Positions 39,598 to 55,067 are shown, counted from the stretch's first letter. The stretch is DNA of 64,000 nt from the human T2T-CHM13v2.0 reference genome, Homo sapiens (GCF_009914755.1 NC_060942.1), one strand, 5' to 3'. Notes: generated by a model not told the origin, from the sequence alone. Translations and numbers: made by a program.

Positions 39598-41525
39598 CTA
39601 AAAGACACGGAAGATGAGAGGGTTAACTCCATAGAGGCACATAATGTGACTGCCAGAGGTACAGCACACCCATTATCACTGTGTACTTCAACTGTGAGCC
39701 TTGTGGGAAGGAGGCCTACAGAACTGAGGCCAGGAGTCCGGAAGGCAGGCATTGATTAACTTAACCACAACCAGAAGGAGGCCAGCAGCCCAAGCCTCTG
39801 TGGCCTTTGCAGCATCCCACACCCAGCCTTCCCTGTTTCTGTTCTGTGCCATTTCCCAACCTTGCCTTACCAAGAGCCACTGCTGTGGCAGGCTGCTCTT
39901 GTTGCTGGGCGCCTCACCTGCCACACCGATTTCTAAAGCCTGCCTTGTCCTCGTTCTCCCCAGTCCCACCTGTGGGGTCCTCCCCACCAGATTGTCCACT
40001 CCTTCCGTTCTAGGGCGCAACCGGAAATCCCAGGCACCAGCCTCATCTTGCTAAGGTGAAATCTGTTCAATCTGCTGTTGGGTATGTTCCTAGGTTATGA
40101 GATAATGTTATATGAAACTGTCTAACGGAAAGGAATTCTAGAGGAACCAGTTGCTAAGTGCTGCCAAGAGTAAGTGAGAAGGTTGTTAAATCAGCCAACA
40201 AGCATGAAGTACATAGGTTCCTCCCGAATCCATCTGACAAATGACACAAAATCATGGCAGAAACTGTTTCCATGCCTCTCTTCAGAGGAAGGAAAGAAAA
40301 GCATTCTTTGACTCCAGAATTTTGATTATTCCTTTCTTCATAGTAGGAGAAGAGAAGGGGAAGAGACTGTATATGGAGAAAACAAAAAATCAACAATGGC
40401 TCTTGATTTTTGGGGTGAGGAGTTTTGTTTTCCAACTTAACAAGCTCATCCACCCCAGGATTCTGACGGTGTTCCCCTCCTCACTGGGGCACATCCCCCA
40501 CCATGGAGTGCCCCACTCCCTCCTTGTCCCTTTTACAGAAACCACTGCACTAGAAAATATGTATTAAAAGATGGAATGTGCTTGATTCAAAAACCATAAG
40601 AGAGGGGATTTTTTTGAGGATGATAAATAAACCAGAATTTTAGAAATTAACTACCAGGAGGGCTGTAGATGGAAGTCTTTGGGCTGAAAATAAACTGAAG
40701 GTATCTGGGTACCAAATTAAGAGCTATGTAAACAGAGTTCAATTTAAGAATAGGAATCAACTGGGACAGGCATTCCCATGAATCACAGTGTCCCTCTGTC
40801 TCTCTCCCTCTCTTTTCCTTCTTTAAATTTAGTCCCCCAAACAGTCTACTTTGACAGTTTGCCTAACGATAATCATTTTCTAAAAAGACAACTTTCTTCA
40901 AATCTGAAAATCCTGATGACAAGTATGTATGGGACATACAGGGAGTCATCACTTTAAGTCCAAAGAAATGAAGGCAAAGAGGCCAGGCCTGGGCAGCCCA
41001 GGGCCCCAGCTAAAGCAAGAAACTGATGCTGCAGGTACTGGTGGCCACAGGAGACGTAGTCTTCTCAAATACACCCTGCATCTCACTGACTTCACAACCT
41101 GCCCTCAGGATATTCATCTGCCCACTGGGATGTTTCATGTAAGACAATAGGGGATTCAAACAGCAGCTGTCTAGGCAATGAGTGACAACTATCAGCTATT
41201 TTATAAGCCCAGATCCCTGTGGAGAACCTGCTAATCTGCTAATTATTCTGTCTGATCCTTGCTCTTAATAACCAAGATCTGACATTGCATGTGGCTGGCT
41301 TAGACATGACAAAGTTGCCCCAGCAGAGGAGCTAAGGTGTTCAAGCTCTGAGCACTTACAGAGACAGCCCTGCAGAGCAGGGAATGGGAGAGGCCTGGAG
41401 CCAGACTGGCCAGTGCGACTTCCAGCCCCAACACTTACTAGGTGTGTAATTTGGGACAAATTACTTAGCCTTTCTCTCTCTCTCTCTCTTTCCTCATCCA
41501 AAAAACCAGGATAATAATAGTTCCC

Positions 41526-41818
41526 AGCTGGATGCAGTGGCTCATGCCTGTAATACCAACACTTGGGAGGCTGAGGCTAAGAGGAACGCTTGAAGCCAGG
41601 AGTTTGAGACCAACCTCAGCAACAAAGCGAGACCCAGTCTCTACAAAAAAAATTTTTAATTAGCCAGGAGTGGCAATGCATGCCTGTAGTCCTAACTACT
41701 TGGGAGGCTGAGGTGGGAGGATTGCTTGAGCACAGGAGTTCAAGGCTGCAGTGAGATATGATCACACCATTGCACTCCTGCCTGGGCAACAGAATAAAAC
41801 CCTGTCTTAAAAAATAAA
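41526..41818 (+). mobile_element. AluJ inserted in a MIR (41375-41950)
   Basis: ggaggattgcttgagcacaggagttcaaggctgcagtgag J-type diagnostics; MIR core on both sides. Confidence 0.9.
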
Positions 41819-42520
41819 GTCGTTTCTGTGCTATAGCATTGCTATGAGGATTAAATGAGTTAAAGCTTTAACTCACTAATATTGGTCGAGTTAAAACTTA
41901 TAATAGTACCTGGCACAGAGGGAGTACTCACGAATGCTGATCATCATTTTTTACTGTGCACCTTTGTACCTGGCCAGCATGTCCATAGGTTATAGGAATG
42001 TGGCCTTCCATGTTTTTAGAAGAAGCTATAATTTCTAGCTACCATTCTGTCCATGTTAGGTTATTCTAGCATCAGCCAACAATAGTCAACCTTCAGACTC
42101 ACAAAACAGGAACTACTTTCTCGGTTCCAAGCTAAAGCTCAGCTAATTTCCATCCATCCCAACTGTAGCCACATCTTCTGTGCGAGATCCCAGTCCCCAG
42201 CTCCAGCCCCTGCCCCAGCCCAAGCATGTGGTAGATAAGTGCATATTCACACTTATCAGAACCAAATTTAATGCTAGACAGACTTTTCGTTTGGCCTTAC
42301 TTTTCTACAATGACAGTAGCAGCGATCTAGACAACTGCCTACAAAAATTTGGAGGTTGGCACATGAAACCATTTTCCCGTAAGTAGGGCACATGAAAGGG
42401 AACACTGTGCTACCACCACAGAGCATCATGTCATGACGCGCACAGGCTACGGCTGCCACCTCCCTGCCTTCTAGGGAAGATGTGCAGGCAAACTTCTAAC
42501 CCTTCATTGTATATACTGAC

Positions 42521-42635
42521 CTGCTGAGCTTTGGGGGTCAGATGTAATTCAGAGCCAGGCCTCAAACGGATCTGATCTTCCATAGGAACCTGAACTGAAA
42601 GGAAGGCAGCCATGCTTCGGGCAACCACTCGGAAC
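42521..42635 (-). CDS. EPG5: EPG5 exon 43 ([15 protein letters not shown]...LTPKAQQ)
   Basis: Acceptor ccctaatgcctaag|, donor CAG|gtcagt; 115 nt, phase 2 to 0. Confidence 0.93.
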
Positions 42636-42844
42636 CTTAGGCATTAGGGAGAGGTCAGAAGAAGTAAATGGCTATTAAAGTAAGCATTTTGAAATAAACA
42701 CCATATTTTCTATGACATAACAAGATGAACACATTTCCAGATCTACTGTGTTGTTCACCTTCTCAGGAAAATCTTAAATATGATCAAGAAGAAGTTTTAT
42801 CCATTATCACCATCCAAACAATATATGTATAATTCAGATTCAAG

Positions 42845-43540
42845 AATGAAAGTGTTGGCAAAGATGTGGAGTAACTGGAACCCTTGCACATTGCTGGTGG
42901 GAATGTAAATGGTGCAGGCACTAGGGAAAAGAGTTTGGCAGTTCCTCAACAAGTGAAGCATAGAGTTACCATAGGACCCAGCAATTCTGCTCCTAGGTAT
43001 ACACAAAAAACTAAAAACAGATGTTCTAACAAAAACTGGTATACAAATGCTCATAGCAGCATTATCTGCAATAGCCAAAAGGTTGAAACAATCCAAATGT
43101 CCATCAGCTAATGAATGGATAAACAAAATGTGGAATACAAAGGAATATTATTCAGCCATAAAAACAAACGAAGTATGGATACATGCTACAACATAAATGA
43201 ACCTTGAAAACTTTATGTTAAGTGAAAAAAGTCCAACATAAGGGGCCACACATTATATGATTCCATTTATATGAAATGTCCAAAATAGGATTCAATACAT
43301 AAAGTCATAATGTCAATTAGTGGTTACTAGAGACACGGGGATTAAAGGGAATGGAGGTGACTACTTAATGAGTGTAGGGCTTCCTTTTGGAGTGATGAAA
43401 ATGTTCTGAAGCTAGATTGTGGTGATGGCTACAACAACATTGTCAATGTTCTAAATGTCACTGAATTGTGCATATAAAAATGGTTACCATGGAAAGTTTT
43501 AAGTTATGTGTATTTTATCACAATTAAAAAGAATAAAAGA
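42845..43540 (+). mobile_element. L1MB 3' fragment
   Basis: gttggcaaagatgtggagtaactggaacc...atgaaccttgaaaac...ggagtgatgaaaatgttct. Confidence 0.85.
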
Positions 43541-43860
43541 CGCAAGCCAAATTTAAGTAAAACAAAATCTCGCAGTCCTGCTATCTTCCACCGCAAACAA
43601 AAAAACATGACGTTAACTGGTTTGGAATGAGTGAGTCCCAAAGTTACAACATCACAATGGGCTATTCCACAAGAATGCTGACATCATCAAGTTTGCAAAC
43701 TCTTTTCAACACTGACAAGGGCTTGAAAAGGAAACCATGATGTAAGTAAGTATTATGAGAGAAAACAGGAGCTAATGGCAAATTCTTCCATGCCTTGGGA
43801 TTTTTTGCAACAAAAATCCAGACTTGCTTCTCATTACTTATCCTTCTTACCAACAGGCCT

Positions 43861-44380
<520 letters not shown>

Positions 44381-44800
44381 TGACGACTTTACAGTTCACT
44401 AGACTGAGTCCCTCACAGGTTCTGGATTTCCCTGAACGCCTCAAGTGCCCAGCTGACTTGGCTTTTAAACTATGCTCGCATACCGTCCATGACTAGCTCA
44501 AAACCAAAAAGAAATCAGTAGTGCAGTTAGGTTACAAAGTCCAAACACAACAGGAGATACTATTAAAAATACTGTTTGAATTGAAAATTTTTTTTAAAGG
44601 TAAGAAAAAATAAAAATGCTTTTTAGAATGTAAAGATGTAATCAGGCTCTGTTTTTTTTTTCTTTTTTTTTTTCCATTAATCTTTCTGGAGAACCTAGAT
44701 CCTAAGTCGAAAAACCTACTGAAGTATATCACAACCTGTAAGTAGGTACAGATGTCTGAGGCCTATTTAGAACAACAGTGTTAGAAAGGCGCTTCCTTAC

Positions 44801-45016
44801 CTGTTAGACAAAGGCGACTTCCGGCCAAACCCAATTGCCCCCAGGATCCCAGAGCTGAGTCTCTCCTCAGCCACGAGGTTCTGCCTGCTCTGAACCAAGA
44901 GCAGAATTCGAATGACAGATTCTGTCAGGACGGAGTCATTCTGCTCTGTCTGAATGAGGGAGAGCTGAAGGACTTGGTGCCACCACAAAAACAGCTTTGC
45001 CTCTTCCTCCACGGAG
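44801..45016 (-). CDS. EPG5: EPG5 exon 42 (SVEEEAKLFLWWHQ...GRKSPLSN)
   Basis: Acceptor gcctcccctag|, donor CAG|gtaagg; 216 nt, phase 2-2. Confidence 0.94.
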
Positions 45017-45513
45017 CTAGGGGAGGCACCGGAGGAAAATAAAATTAGAAGTAAATTTTTCCCACTCCCATTTAACTGCAAGTCCACATCAGAGTTTGAA
45101 GGATAGGAGACATTCAGTACTTCAAAAGCACAGGCTAATGGCTGATGTTAATAGAGCCATGGGATTGTAACCACCGCCATCTGTGGAACACCTACTACAC
45201 GCCACTGTGATGAACTTCGTGTTCTTCCACTTCATCCTCATGACAGCCCTATCAGGTAGGGATTACTATCTCCACTTAACTGGTAAGGAAACTGATGCTT
45301 GGTGTTTCAAAGTGCCAGTTTTAGGAAACAAAAAATCTGCTCAGAAGATTAGCCTATTAATTAAGAATCTTTCCAAAACAACTGTCACCATACCTTAAAA
45401 CCTTATTTTTTATGCACCTCTTGGTTCTGTGTACTTAAAGCTAGACTTAAGCTCTAAATTCCAAGTTAACCAAATACAGCAAGTTTGATGTAACAGCCTG
45501 AGGGCCAACGTAC

Positions 45514-45730
45514 CTTGGGTACACCTGTTCCAGCCACTTGCTTAAGATGAGCAGCACTTTCATTTCATTCCTTAAAGTCTGTTCGCTGTTTAAACACTGA
45601 AGCAAGTAGACGTAAAGAGTCAAGTAACTGCCCAAGGTGAGGCACTCCTGCAGGAACTCTTCCATGGTGAGCTCGGGAACCTGAAGGGATACCAGAATGG
45701 GTCCCCATCCTGAATTCTGATTGAGAGGGC
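45514..45730 (-). CDS. EPG5: EPG5 exon 41 ([15 protein letters not shown]...WLEQVYP)
   Basis: Acceptor catgttcttag|, donor AAG|gtacgt; 217 nt. Confidence 0.94.
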
Positions 45731-47052
45731 CTAAGAACATGAAGAAGAGACATCAAGATATAGGCAAGAATCCAATTACTTGACAACTCTAGCAAATATT
45801 TTCACTTTAAGCTTCATGATTTTTTTTTTTTGACATAGCAACCTATGAGATAATAAGCTTCATGTCAAGACAACCTTTCTTACAGTGACCTTGGAGGCTA
45901 CAAAAGTCAAATATACCTCAGGGCTCAGACTGGATAGCCCTCAGGCCAGATGCCTGTCCCCAGCGTAGCCACCAGAAAGGTTTAAGAAATCAGAATTCAG
46001 GGCTGCATACGTATAAATCACCTTTCTATCACATTATGATCCTTAAAACCACATGTAGACACTGCCTGTCCTGGTCAGTTAAGAATTTTAACTTTAATAC
46101 CCTTTTTAAGAACATATGAACACTTATGCTTTCCGACGGGAAACTGTTATCACTCAATCTGTGAGTAGTTTTACTTATCAAAGCTTAGTTTAACTCATGT
46201 ATTGAAACTGTTTGATTTTTAGTAACACACATGAGTTTGGAATAGCAGTGTTATCCTAATGGTTCTCCACTCTTTGGGGGAGCGAGGGTGGGGTGGCATG
46301 GTGACATGCACACCACCTCCATGGGTGGGCATGTGCTGTTCATGGGTGGTCAGGACAGGGCAGATGGCAGGTTGTGGGCACTTCCTGGATCCTTGCTCCG
46401 ATACCCTCCTTCTCACTACTGCTTCTCTCCCACTGACTGCAGTGTGATGTGTTATCTGGATATCAGAGTTGAGAAGTGCTGTTCTCAGCAATTCTTAATC
46501 AGACTAAGCCGCTTCCAGAGTCTGACAGTTTAGAGGTAGAAAGTAAAACAGATTTTTAAAAAGGAGGGGTGACAATGAATGAGCCCTTCATAATGCTTTA
46601 AAAGGTCTGATAAGCAGCAATTTTAAAAACTTCTATGAAAACTCCTTTTACCAAAAGTGACAAAAACAGGGAAAATTAACCTCATGGACTATGATTATAT
46701 AGATCCTGGTATATAGCATTTGTTCTGAGGACTATGACTTGGCCTGTGACACAACACAATTTGCATATCATAACAGGTTGGTCTGACCCTCCAAAACTAA
46801 CGTGAAGTGGATTAGAGCTTTTCTCCCTTGAAATGTGATTGTACCAACAGACATGGCCACAGGTTCTCATGCTAACTGCAGATCTTTATGAAAAATACGT
46901 ATATTCAGAAACATCCACAACATTTGTAGAGCAGAAAATTAGAATGGCAAATCCCTCACTGGGAAGAGTCTGGAAACATATCTGCTGATGACAATGCTTT
47001 CATCTTTCTGGAAAAGACCAATACAATGGAGCGTAAGATGACCTCCTCTTAC

Positions 47053-47295
47053 TTTCTTTGAAGTAGGCAGTGATGCAGGCTTCTGTAGTCTCAGCCATGT
47101 GGCGGACGGACGCCAGGCTCTGGCAGGCTGCTGTTAAAAGGGGCAGCACCACCAGCCCATGCATTTTTTGGCCAATCCAGGTCCGGATACTGCCCCGAAG
47201 GAACTCTGCTGTTGGAATAGTCGCGTTGTTCATCATCATCAGGACTTCCATAAAGAGGCTGCTGAGGGCCATGTGGCGGGTCTGGCTGTCCATGT
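47053..47295 (-). CDS. EPG5: EPG5 exon 40 (DMDSQTRHMALSSLF...ITAYFKE)
   Basis: Acceptor attcctttcag|, donor AAA|gtaaga; 243 nt; inside ORF 47000-47320. Confidence 0.94.
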
Positions 47296-49362
47296 CTGAA
47301 AGGAATATAGACACACTCAAGAATGGCTGCCAGAAAGGTACTATCCATGTGATCAGGAGAATAACAGTGCTTCAATCTTAGCTGTTCTCCAGGCAGATTT
47401 TACAGTGCTAGTAGCTGACTGCAAGGGACTGGAAGGAAGGCTCTGGATGGTGTTAAGTTTGTACAGGTAGTATGCGGCACACGGTTACTAAGAGTAAAAG
47501 CAGGAACTACTGTGAGTTCCCTGGGTACAGCAGCATAGCAGAGCAATACTTAATAAATAGACAAATCTGAAGCTGGTGTGAAAGAGTAACTTATCAGAAC
47601 ATGCCTAGTCAGTCTTTATTTTCCAACCTTTGCTCATGGAAAACCAAATACGTAGATCTCACCAGTCATTCAGTAAACCAAGTAGCAAAAGTACCCACTG
47701 TCACTGCCACCGCTGTCAATATTCTAGGGTGATTTACACACATTAAAGGTTATTACTTAAAACTAAATATAAATGTAAGGAAAAACCTTTGTAAAGTGTC
47801 CTAACAGCAGCTCTTTTATTTCTTTGTTTTTTAAATAAGGAAAGTAAACCAACTGGTAATTTTTCAAAAAAAATTGGAGGTAAAGAGAGAGGAATTCAAG
47901 AAAAAGAACGAATTCATTTTACAAGAGAACTGCAAATCTTCACATTCAAAAACAGAAAATATATTTTACTGAGAGTTAAATGGAATAATTTTTGCCAACT
48001 CTTCTAGCTCTCCTCAAGCTGTAGCTTTCACACCACAAGGATTCAGTATTTATGTCAATAGGAAGGGTAAAAAGTTGAGAGATCTTACTCATCGCATCTA
48101 TCAAAACAAATTCATCTACTTATGCAGGGTTAAATAAACCCTCACTTAATCTTTCTGTACGACCTACTTACTATCAAGCAAGGACTTAAAAAACAAGTTT
48201 GAGAGAGATAGTAACAGTATATCTGTCTATTTCTTCATGTATTTCTATGGGTACAAATATTCTTGGAAATAAAGGCTCATCTCTGAATTTCAACGGAATA
48301 GCAATTTAAATTTTATCTCTTAATTATGACTAATAGGAATAGATTACTACAACAGACCCTAGTCTCTCCCATTCCTGTTCATAACAACAGGGCTCTCAAA
48401 TCTTTTCCTAAATACCATATCTGATCCTATCACTCTTCCGATGAAGATCTTTCCAGAACACCCTTCTCTCCTTTCCCTGGCCAGCTATTATTCAACCTTC
48501 CTGGTTCAATCATATCTGACCAACTCTAGAACAGTTTCTCCAGCATTGCTTGCTGATAGTTTTTTTCCATAAGATTTATTGAATGTGGCTGACTTGCCAG
48601 GCTGATGCTAAAATTTTAGATATTATCTCACTCAATACTTACAATATCTACATGAAACAGGTATGACCATTAACAACATTTAGCACCGTTTCATGTTTAT
48701 TGGTGATCAGTATATTTTCTTTTGCAGAATGTCGTTTCAAGGGTCTTGTCCATTTTTTTCTACTAAGTTGTCTTTTTCTTCCTTGTTTTATCTGGTATGA
48801 CAATCTTAGTCATTCACAGTTATTATAATTAATTACTGATGTAGCTGGGTCTAAATCTACTGTCTTCCTATATGTATCCTATTTGTCCCTCCTATTCTAC
48901 ATTTCTTTTTCTCTCTTTTGCTTCTTTTAGATCATTATTCTACTTTTTCCCTGTTTTAGCTTGAAAACTAAATCCTCTCTTAAAATTCTGACAGTGGTTA
49001 TCCTATAAATGAAAACATGCATTCCTGATTTTTTGAAGTCTAATGTTAATTGGTTCCCAGATGATGTAATGGCTTTGGAACATTCTAACTTCATTTCTCC
49101 ACTGTTGCCATAGCCCAACAAACCATTTCTATTATTATTGTCTTATACAGTCAGATTTCATTTAGATTTACCCACACATTTACCAGTTTCATTGTTCTTC
49201 ATTCTTAGTTTCTTCCTATTTATTTTCTCTTTATTATTTCCTCCCCTCTACTGTCTTTGACTGTAATTTTGCCGTCTTTTTAAATAACTGTTTAATGCTT
49301 ATCTTTTTAATTTTCACCTTTTAAAAAAGTCTATGATGAGCACTTAAGGCCCTGAAAGTAAG

Positions 49363-49784
49363 TGATACGGTTTGGATCTGTGTCCCCACCAAATCTCATG
49401 TTGAACCGTAGTCCCCAATGTTGGAGCAGAGTTTAGTGTGAGGTGGCTGAATATGGGGGTAGGTCCTTCATGAATGGTTTAGCACCATCCTCTTGGTGCT
49501 GTTCTCATACTAGAGTTCTCAGAGATGTCGTAGTTTAAAAGTGTGCAACATCTCCCCCTTGCTCATTCTCTCTCTTGCTCCTTCTCTGGCCATGTGGAGT
49601 GTTACTCTCACTCTGCGTTCTGCCGTGATTGTAAGCTTCCTTAGGCCTCTCCAGAGGCCGAGCAGATGGCAGCACCATGCTTCCTGTACAGCCTCCAGAA
49701 CCATAAGCCAATTAAACCTGTTTTCCTTATAAATCACCCAGTGTTGGGTTTTTCTTTATAGCAGTGTGAGAACAGGCTAAAATA
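49363..49784 (+). mobile_element. MSTA-like MaLR solo LTR within old antisense L1M (~48700-51600)
   Basis: tgatacggtttggatctgtgtccccacc...ccataagccaattaaacc...; TSD gtaag/ataag. Confidence 0.85.
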
Positions 49785-51059
49785 ATAAGTCCCATGTTAG
49801 CTGCATCCCACAAATTTTGATGCACTGTATTTTATTATTCAGTTGTAAGTATTTTAAATTTCTATTATGATTATTCCTTTGGCCATCAGTTATTTAAAAG
49901 TTTGCTTCTTAATTTCCACAGTGTTTTTCCCTCTAGTTCTATTTAGTTACTGATTTTTTTTTCTTTGTCATGCAACTTCGGGGCAGAAATACACAGAGAT
50001 GAACATCTGGCTTTTACAAAGTTTTCTGCCTTACAGATCTATTTATCTGATATTAATATAGCTATGCCAGCTTTCTATTTTAATATTTGCCTGACATAAT
50101 CATCTTGTGGAAAGCTTTCTATATCCTTAGGCTTTTGATGTATTTCTTATCAACAGCTTAAAGCTAGATGTTTTTGGTTATTAACCTACCTTAACAATCT
50201 TTGTCTTTTAACTTAAGCATTAGTCCCTTTACCAATACATTTGAATTTTATCATCTTATTTTGGTTATTTTTCTCACTTTCTCCATGCTTCCTTTCTTGC
50301 CTTCTTTGGACTGAACATACTTTGGACATTCCTTTTTATCTCCCTCTACTGACTTGGAAATTGTACATTTTAATTTCTATTCTTTTGGTTAATTTCTTAA
50401 AATTGTTAATATTCATACTTTAATCAAGGTATAAAGTTAATCTCTTGACCACTAAACAGCAGTAGAACCTTAGAACACTTTTAACTCAACCTCCTTCCTA
50501 GCATGCTTTAGTATTTTCTTTAGTGACACCTACTGGGACAAACACTCTCAGGGCTCAATGAAAGTATGGTTCTTTACCTCGTCTTCATCATTAAAGGGTG
50601 GCTTTTCTTAGTTTACAATTCTAGGTTATGAGTCATTTTCTCATAGCACATTGAAGTTGTTATCCCACTGTCTTACAGATTCTTTTATTGATACTGAGAA
50701 GTCAGCTGTCAGTCTAAATGTTGCTCCTTGGTAGGTAATCTGCCTTTCCTTCCTGGATGTAAAGGGTTTTGTTTTGTTTTGTTTTTTAATTTTGCCACTG
50801 GTACTTCTGCAGGTTCACTATAGTGTATACAGGTTTGAATTTCTTTCCATATATCCTACTTGGGATTTGCTGGGTTTACTGAATTTGAGGATTGCTGTCT
50901 TCATCAGCCCTGAAAATTTTCAGCCTTGCTATCTCTTCAGATATTGCTTCTCCCCAGTTAAGTATCTCCTCTCCTTCTGGAATTCTACTTGGATAATAGG
51001 ATGTATATTAAACCCTCTCAGCCTATCCTCTATGCCTTTTAACCTCACTTTCGTATTCT

Positions 51060-51195
51060 TTTTATTTTAGAGATGGGGTCTCACTATTTTGCCCAGACTG
51101 GAGTGCAGTGGCTATTCAGACACAATCATTGCACACTGTGGCCTCGAACTCCTGGCCATCAGCAATCCTCCTGCCTCCGCCTCCATGCCCAGCTC
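51060..51195 (-). mobile_element. Alu monomer (FLAM-like)
   Basis: agagatggggtctcactattttgcccag...ctcgaactcctggcc. Confidence 0.7.
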
Positions 51196-52562
51196 ACTTT
51201 TACGTTCCTTCTCTGTTCCTCTGTGCTGCAATCTGAGTATTTTCTTCAGTTTTGTTTTCCAGTTTACCAATTTTCTCTTCGGATGGGTTTAATCTGTTGA
51301 ACTTATCCATTAACTTTATTATAATCTTTATATTTTTCATTTCTAAATTATATAAATCTCTCAAATCTGCATATTTCTACAATCCCTTGCTTCTTACTGA
51401 TATCTTCAATCCTCTCTTATTTCAGCATATAATAAAAATAACTTTTTTGCTTACTGTACTAATTATTCCACTATCTTCAATCTTTTCATTTCTGACGCTG
51501 CTGTTGTTTTCTATTACTTTGCTCATGGTACCTTGTTTCCTGTGTTTTGTGACTTTTTTTACTGTGAGTTTCTTGGAACTTTGAGGCATGAGTTAAAGAT
51601 GGGTTTCTCCAAACAGGAGCTATGGTTGCTTTTTGCCAGATGCTGGTGGCACCGCCAACCCAGAACTACTCTAAATTCTTAGATTGAGGTTGTTGTTATT
51701 ACTGCTGTTTCTACCAATCTAGGTAGTCTGAATTCTTGCTTCAAAACCACATGAGGGTCAGCTTGTTATCAATTCTCAAAACAGATATCTCTTTTCCTGC
51801 ATAAACATTTAACCTAACAACGAGGCCAAAACAGGTAACTGTCTTTGCCTTCCTCTCACAAGAGGAGGTTTACTTCTAGCTTATCTTTACAGTAAAAATG
51901 TCACCCTGTGGATTATGCATCGGATTTCCTTTTAGGCTCCCATCTTAGGCAGGCCCTGGGCTTTACCACCTCCCCCTAATATCCAAACATATTCAGCAAA
52001 ACTCTTCAGGGTGACAGCAGCCTCAGAACTCCACCTACCTTTATGGGTTTCTCCTTTCACTTAGGTTCTGGCCTCTGAGGTTCCCTTACCTTTTTGCCAC
52101 TCCACTAATAAATTTAATTTCCAGTTTCTTAAAAATATTTCATCCAGCACCCAGTTATCTTCAGCAGGAGAGGCAGGCAGTATGTCTAGTCCACCAAACT
52201 GCTGGGAGCAGAAGGTTCTCCAGACACAGTTTCTTGACAAGTCTACAGGTGATTCTGAAGTGCCCTCCCAGTTAAAAGCCAAAATCCCTAGAAATGCCGC
52301 TCACTGAAAGGTCTCTGATATCTCCTAATCATTAGATCCCATTGTCCAGCTTAAAGGTCAGTCTCGCCCACCACCCAACAGCATCTGCCAGTGTCAATCC
52401 TTCCCCACTGCTGAGTCCCTGGTGTCCAAACACCTCTCTGACCATTGCTTCTCTGGAAAGAGGAGTGCCAGTGTCCTGAACATCCTCCTGATCTCACAGT
52501 GCCTTACGCACAGCAGGAATGCATTGACTGAATGAATACAGGACTTCCGACTGGTCACTTAC

Positions 52563-52707
52563 CGGGCGGGTTAAAGACAATGATATCGTCTAAGAGCTTA
52601 GACATTTCCTGTTCTAGGACTGCTAAGGTGATTTTTCCATTTTGTTCCAGGGTGCTGAGGAATTGAACCATCTGATGAGTAAAAGCTTGGCATTTTGGAA
52701 CTGCATC
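52563..52707 (-). CDS. EPG5: EPG5 exon 39 ([14 protein letters not shown]...DDIIVFNPP)
   Basis: Acceptor T17-ggtcag|, donor CCG|gtaagt; 145 nt, phase 0 to 1. Confidence 0.93.
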
Positions 52708-52972
52708 CTGACCAAAAAAAAAAAAAAAAATCATTCAAATGAATCCAAGCAAGGAGTGTTAACTGCATATTTCCTGGGAGCATGGCACTGCAATGAATGC
52801 TTGGGTAGGGAGTAGAGGGGACAGAACAGGAAGCCACATGAAGACTTAGTCCCACGTGGCCCAAGGGGCCTAGTGAAAGGCAAATCTATGGTAACACTTT
52901 GACCAGGGCCCATGTTTTCCCAAATTGTGGCAGAATACTCTTCCTTTTTTACTACAAGAATAACAACATTAA

Positions 52973-53459
<487 letters not shown>

Positions 53460-53745
53460 CTATTCTGCTGCCAATGACATTCAGATCATGAAACCAGCAG
53501 CTTGCTGGCAGCCCTCAATCCTTTTGACCTTTCATCGACATGTGACATTGCTAGTAAGTAAAAGTTCACCCAAAGGGAGAACTCAACCCAAAAGATCTAC
53601 AAGGCCAAAAGATGAGTATATGATAATACACATCCTCCGACTTCCTCTGCTGAGCACTTCCTAGCTTCGACTGTCCTTTGTAGCACTTATGCTGCTACCA
53701 ATCTCCAGGAACAGTCCCTGCCTTTTAAACTACCTCTCAACTTAC

Positions 53746-53955
53746 AAGATGCTTCTGGCTGTCAGTAGGAATAGAAAGGCCCGCAGACACTTTTAGGAGC
53801 TTCATGATTAATTCAGCATAAGATTCTTTTGCCAGGATGATGGACGGCGGGTAATGGCTGCTGAAATAACTTAGCACACTCTGGTACGACACAATATCCA
53901 CAAGATGCCATGAAAGTGAGCTTGTCTGTCCAAGGAGACTAAGTAAAGGTGAATC
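53746..53955 (-). CDS. EPG5: EPG5 exon 38 (DSPLLSLLGQTSSLSWHLV...PTDSQKHL)
   Basis: Acceptor gttttatttttag|, donor CTT|gtaagt; 210 nt open frame, phase 0-0. Confidence 0.93.
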
Positions 53956-54510
53956 CTAAAAATAAAACACATATTCCTTTAGTTCCAGAGCCCCAATTTT
54001 TCCAGAAATATGTGTTGCTAACTAGTCTGTGGAATAACTACTAAGATGGCCTATGGTAAGCACAGAACAGTTATGATATCAAGTAAGTATCTACTCGAGT
54101 TAGGAGTACTAGTGAAAGCAATAACCAAACTTTTGGCAAAAACACATTCATATTAAGATGTATTGAGTATCTGGAACCCAGGTTCTTTTCTTTCAAAAGA
54201 ACTCTCTGTTCTGGTGGGACATGCCAAAATTGACTTCAAGAAGCATACAAGAGATTGAAGTAGATATTAATGAGATACAAAATAAAGTTGATTAATACAT
54301 TCTAACTCAGTGTGGTTCTTTGCATAATTTAGAATCAGATAATGAGCTATCCAAGAAAATCAGGCATCTGGTTAAAGGTACATCTCATATGCCAAGCATC
54401 TGTTCACACTGATAGGGGCACTGGAAAAACAAATGAAAAACTACGACCTAGTAGAAAGCAAAGATCTAAGCAGCCTTGCCGAATTTTTGCCATAAGCTTC
54501 CCAAACTTAC

Positions 54511-54696
54511 TGTTTGGTCTACCAGTTGAACTTCCTTTGCCAATAAAATCATCATGAAAAGGAGGCAGACAATCATGCTGCGGGTTTCTGGGTGGGGACT
54601 GGAATTCCAGGCATCAGAGAGCACACTAACCCAGTTGACTTCACAGAGTACAGACCCCAAAAATAAGAAACAGCTCTTGGGGCTTCCTCGTTCCAC
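54511..54696 (-). CDS. EPG5: EPG5 exon 37 ([14 protein letters not shown]...EVQLVDQT)
   Basis: Acceptor ttttcttttag|, donor ACA|gtaagt; 186 nt, phase 0-0. Confidence 0.93.
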
Positions 54697-55067
54697 CTAA
54701 AAGAAAATGAATTAAAATCATTCTGTTGCCTTGTGCTATCTATGTATCTGGAAAATGTATGTAAATTGTTTCATAATTATGTTTTTAAAAAACACTTTTT
54801 CCCCAGATTATATCACTTAGAATCCCACCTCCTAGAGATTTAGACTTAATATTTGTAATATCTTTCCTTCCACAGTGTATGTGTGTATATTTTAGTTTGT
54901 CTGTTCAGATTTCAGCATTTATTCCAATCATTCTTAATAAGCGAGGAATGACCTTCCCTAACCCCAACCTGGGTGGAGAATCGCTGCCACAGTAAGTCAC
55001 TGGAGCTGCAGGGAGTGTATCAGAATCCTCAGGTGTGCCAGGACAGGGCAAAGTTGAAATTTACTAG

